Translations under genes and position numbers: made by a program
Notes under the pieces: generated by a model
Seen by the model: the letters and a program-made list of their open reading frames with translations, nothing else
The model's database searches: none
What the model was told of the DNA's origin: nothing
Part shown: positions 36,481 to 40,494 of the stretch, piece by piece
Layout: every line of letters starts with the position of its first letter
How positions within the stretch are numbered: the first letter of the stretch is position 1
Assembly: GCF_004010195.1 (NCBI RefSeq)
Contig: NC_057720.1
Coordinates: forward strand, 23,163,879 to 23,204,372
Reading direction: 5' to 3'
DNA: 40,494 bases
From: Chiloscyllium plagiosum
Taxonomy: Eukaryota

Positions 36481-36822
36481 TGCCCCAGAGAAGTTCTCAA
36501 TGCAAGAAAAATCTGATGCCCTCATATCTTCTCCAGTTCTCCAGCCATTGCATTCACCAGCTTGTGGACATTCCTAGTAGGTGCAGAAAAAAGGCTTTGA
36601 CAACTTTTTGTTCAGCAGTACTCATGTTGTCTATGATTGTGAAAGGCTGTCAACATTTAAAGCATGCTCTTGCCTACCAACTGGACCCGTTGGTCTGGCC
36701 AAGTGTCCACACAATACCAATGAATCTTGGTCACATTTCTGCTCCTGTCATATTTGGTGGAGTCAGCCATTATTCTAGTCTTTACAAGATTAATCCTGTT
36801 CTTTTGGCAGTATTTCTTTGAT

Positions 36823-36977
36823 GGGAGAAAGTGAGGACTGCAGATGCTGGAGATCAGAGCTTAAAAATGTGTTGCTGGAAAAGGGCTTCCTGAAGAAGGG
36901 CTTATGCCTGAAACATCGATTCTCCTGCTCCTTTGATGCTGCCTGACCTGCTGCACTTTTCCAGCAACACATTTTTA
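36823..36977. mobile_element. Inverted (fold-back) PLE-derived insert with hammerhead core and 14-bp TSD
   Basis: TSD AGTATTTCTTTGAT at 36809-36822 and 36978-36991; inverted repeat of about 24 bp at 36860-36883 and about 36956-36979; CTGAAGA-A-GGGC-TTAT-GCCT-GAAAC at 36890-36914. Confidence 0.88.
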
Positions 36978-37248
36978 AGTATTTCTTTGATTCCCGCTGT
37001 TTCTAATTTATTTGCTGTTACATACTTGCTTCCTGCCTTTACCACAAGTTAAAAAAAGGTTTCCTGCCTTTTCCAAATCCTCAATGGTCTCCTAACATTC
37101 TTCTTCTGTTAGGCCTTGTCCAAATAGACTTTAAAAGAACCCTTTATTACTTTATATTCTGGCTTTACAAAGTTCCCAGGTTTACGATCCAACTTAAAAT
37201 TGCTTTGTGGTCTTGAAGCTTAACTTTGCAGTGCTCATTCATCATGGT

Positions 37249-37420
37249 CATGGAATCATAGAATCCCGACAGTGTGGACGCAGGCTATTTGGCCCATTGA
37301 ATCCACACCGACCCTCCTAAGAGGATCCCTCCCAGATCCACCTTGTTATCCTGTAACCCTGCATTTTCATCTAGCCTGCAAATCCCTGGACACAATGGGC
37401 ATCTTAGCATGGTCAATCCA
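37249..37420 (-). mobile_element. HE1-related SINE 3' fragment
   Basis: ATAGAATCCC.ACAGTGTGGA..CAGGC...TCCACACCGACC...TTAGCATGGTCAATCCA. Confidence 0.7.
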
Positions 37421-38214
37421 TTTATTCTGGTAGTGACACTCAATATGAGCTATAAGTGTTTTTCTTACTTTTCATGTTCTCTGCTTGAAATTTTTCAAAA
37501 AAACTTTCTTTTGCCCACCTTACAATTTTTGTACCTGAGACTTTTAATGGACTAAAATCATCTTACCGAAAAGGGAAATAACTGCCATAAAATTGCTGCT
37601 GTAATCACCTGATCACTGATTGAGGCTCGTCCAAGACACTCAAATGGAATAAAACCATTTGAACTCAAGTTAACATTGTTTAAAGCATTGAAACCATGCA
37701 ACTGAGTCAACAACAAGGAATTTGCATCTCCTGTTTTAATTCAAATTTGAATGATAAATGCAGACATTAGGCAACAGTTCACTGACATAGTCATAAAGCA
37801 ATGAACCATAATTCAGTAGCTGGTTTTCAGCAGCAGAGTGAAGCAACAATGAATTTGAGAGTGGTCTCATGTTAAAACTTTAACATCTCAAGATCTCTAA
37901 GAACATTTAAAGAATATAGTTTTTACTCTTCCTGTATGCACCAGATGCTCTCCTAATTTAAATGATCAAATGTTGTCTGTCATTGATTTTGCATATTATT
38001 CACTTATTTCTCAGGGTTAGTAAATCAGAAAATTCCTCTCTTTTCAGACAAGAAAACCTTAATTTTGACAAATGTGCTGTTGTAATTGAAGTGGGATACC
38101 TGGTTGCAATTGACCAAGAGGGAATAACAAATAGGGAAATTAAATTACCTTTTCTCACTTAGTCAATACAGGCTGAAACTCAATTCAGGACTGCTTCTGT
38201 CAACTCTGGGATCA

Positions 38215-39052
38215 AACTATAAATACCTCTTACCATAAGTCGATCAGGCTGTGGTCAGCATCTAACGTCCTTGAGACACTTCAAGAAAAGGAGAGTTGAT
38301 CCTGTCTGGTGGTTCCTGGATCAGACTGTCAAAGTAATTTGATAGAGTGCCTTCTCACCAAAACTTTCCAACAAGCATCAATACGTCACTTTGCTGGTGG
38401 TGAGAACGGCATTACCTGTGAGACCTTTTATATATATCTGGACTCTCCACCACCGCTGCTGCCCTCGAAATGGGGGAGGGACTCTCAGACATTTCTTCTG
38501 GATTTTGCCTTTGCAAAGAAGTTCTGGAGAGAGATGGAATGGTTTTTGTTAAGGGTTGCCCTGAGCAGCTTCATGATGCAGGACTCTGTGGCCTATTGGC
38601 CTGTTCCCTGCGATGCACGCCAGTACAAATATTGACTGTGCCTGAAGGGCTATCAATTCGGTGAAAGATGCTCTTTGGTTTGCCAGAAACTTTGCTGGTC
38701 TTTCAGTGCAATGAGTTGACCTCGATCAAGTGATGCAGACTGGCACTTTCCAAGGTCCAGGACTACATGTTGAGAGATACTCTAAAGCCTGAGCGGCTAC
38801 CGGTAAGGTACGGTGGAGAAAGACCACCACTTTTAAGGTGTTTCTGCCAAAATACAAGAGGGGTCCATTTAGTTATCAGACCCTTCCAGTGTCTCAAATA
38901 TACATAAATACATGTAAGAAATGCTTTGGGTTTTTTGAAACTGCAGGGTATGCCAAATTCCAATGTTTGTTATTCATGTGCAAGCACTGTACAAATATGC
39001 TTCAGCAGCTCTATGTATATAAAGATTATTTATGAATAAAGCATATTTTTTG
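38215..39052 (+). mobile_element. Tx1/L1-group LINE 3' fragment with 14-bp TSD
   Basis: TSD CAACTCTGGGATCA at 38201-38214 and 39053-39066; FLLDFAFAKKFWREMEWFL, SVKDALWFARN (zinc-knuckle-region remnant); AATAAA near the 3' end. Confidence 0.8.
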
Positions 39053-39435
39053 CAACTCTGGGATCATATACAATTTGTGACTGCCTTTGAGTGAATAGTA
39101 CTCAAACTCTCTTACAGCAGTGCTTCTGGGGATTGGCCATGGAAATGCACCGAAGGCGTAAAGTTGGTACTAGAGTCCACCAATGCATCCGGAGGACAAT
39201 GTTAAACCCATCAATCATAATGGCCTCAATAAAGATTTCAGACTTTATGCAAACTTCCAGAGAATATCAAATTTATCATTGAAGCCACTTGGCCCTTCTT
39301 GTTCATGTGGGCTTTTAGACAGAGCGCCTCAGGGTGGTGTCAATTTTCCTGCCTTTCACACAGAACCAAGTTAGATCCGAGATGGTTGAACTCCTGGAAC
39401 CTTTCATCGTTTGAGTGATGTTATTTTATGTTCCG

Positions 39436-39540
39436 AACAAAAACGAAGAATTGCTGGAGAGCTTCAGTGTGTCTAGTAGCGCCTTTAGAGAGAGAGAGAG
39501 CAGAGTTGATACTTTGGGACCAGGGACTCTTCTTCCAAAC
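39436..39540 (-). mobile_element. Degenerate PLE terminal fragment
   Basis: Parallels 13797-13893. Confidence 0.55.
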
Positions 39541-39621
39541 CCTTTTGAGTTTGATGTTGTGCAATGGAAAAGGGCTAATTAATTGTGTCCTGTGAAGGAT
39601 CGTTGGGGAAACAACAACCCA

Positions 39622-39885
39622 CAACATAGAAACATACAAAATAGGTGCAGGAGTAGGCCATTCAGCCCTTCAAGCCTGCACCACCATTCAGCATGATAAT
39701 GGATGATTGCACAATCTCAGTATCCCATTCCCACTTTCTCTCCATACCCTTTGATTTCTTTAGATGCAAGGGCCATGTCCAGCTCCCTTTTGAACATATC
39801 TAATGAACTGGCCCCAACAGCTTCCTGTGGGAGAGAATTCCACAGGTTCACACCTCTCTGAGTGAAGAAATTCTTCCTCATTTCA
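39622..39885 (-). mobile_element. CR1 3' fragment (second subfamily)
   Basis: MRKNFFTQRGVNLWNSLPQEAV...FKRELD; (CATAGAAA)-type tail. Confidence 0.85.
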
Positions 39886-40310
39886 TATAGTCTCATAGAG
39901 ATGTACAGCACAGAAACAGACCCTTCGTTTCATTCTTCCTGATGAAGGGCTTTTGCCCAAAACGTCGAATTACCTAACCTGCTGTGCTTTTCCAGCACCA
40001 ATGTAATCTTGACTCTAATCTCCAGCATCTGCAGTACCCACCTCCGCCTACATTCCATCTCGTCCATGCTGATCACATATCCCAATCCAATCTAGTCCCA
40101 TTTGCCAGCACCAGCCCCATATACCACCAAACACTTCCTATTAATATATCCATCCAGATGTCCTTTAAATGCTGTAATTACACTAACCACCCCCCATCCT
40201 GTGACAGCCCATTCCACACACGCACCACCCCATGCATGGAAGTTGCCAATTGGGTCCCTTTTAAGTCTTTCCGTGCTCACCCGAAATCTCTGCCTTTTCG
40301 TTCTGGACTC
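39886..40310 (-). mobile_element. HER1/CR1 3' fragment interrupted by a PLE piece
   Basis: CATAGAGATGTACAGCA.AGAAACAGACCCTTCG, resuming at about 40051 TCGTCCATGCTGA. Confidence 0.85.
39931..40050 (+). mobile_element. PLE terminal fragment with hammerhead motif
   Basis: TTC-CTGATGA-A-GGGC-TTTT-GCCC-AAAACGTC-GAA at 39936-39969; ends CTCCAGCATCTGCAGTACCCAC. Confidence 0.85.
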
Positions 40311-40324
40311 GAGTAGGGTCGAGC

Positions 40325-40494
40325 TAATTAGATTATGGGGGCGGAATTAGGATGGGGGCGGGGTTAGGATAGGCGCACGGTTAGGATGGGGCGGGTTTAG
40401 TGTGTGTGTGGGTTTTGATTGGGATTGGGTTTAGTTTGGGGACGGGGTCAGAGTGGGTTGGGTTTGAGGGTGGGTTTAGATGGGGGCGGGGTTA
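40325..40494. repeat. G/T-rich degenerate tandem repeat running off the window end
   Basis: Recurring about 16-bp unit (TTAG)GATGGGGGCGGGG. Confidence 0.8.

Larger units (their letters stand above)
33640..36560 (-). mobile_element. Old CR1 5' portion (ORF1 esterase-like end plus ORF2 endonuclease) hosting nested insertions
   Basis: Parallels 31340-31920 at 34290-34700; YKLVGLQL...LAERFASAVG at 34880-34960; ORF1-like sequence resumes at 36481. Confidence 0.65.

Noticed and set aside
1..40494. CRISPR arrays, operons or prokaryotic defence systems
   Set aside because: Sequence is vertebrate repeat-rich DNA with no regularly spaced repeats and no gene-dense ORFs

Overview
Eukaryotic, repeat-dense genomic DNA, almost certainly from a shark or ray: it carries HE1-type tRNA-derived SINEs and HER1/CR1 LINE tails. 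The window looks intronic or intergenic, and I could not identify any host protein-coding gene. About two thirds is a layered graveyard of retroelements: several CR1-group LINE families, two RTE-BovB-like relics, one Rex/Babar-like and one Tx1-like LINE, solo LTRs, SINEs and many Penelope-like (PLE) fragments, with a possible degraded Harbinger DNA transposon. There is a 941-N assembly gap at 29309-30249. The most notable signal is about ten minimal hammerhead-ribozyme motifs carried by short PLE-derived inserts. Several of these inserts have clean 10-16 bp target-site duplications (TSDs), one has an inverted (fold-back) architecture, and nearly all motifs are mutated at the same CpG next to the GAAA box. 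Three AT-rich, repeat-poor islands (about 4.5-8.6, 14.2-19.2 and 23.3-25.1 kb) hold weak exon and regulatory candidates. Family names come from motif recognition by eye, not database searches; most boundaries are approximate unless a TSD is given.
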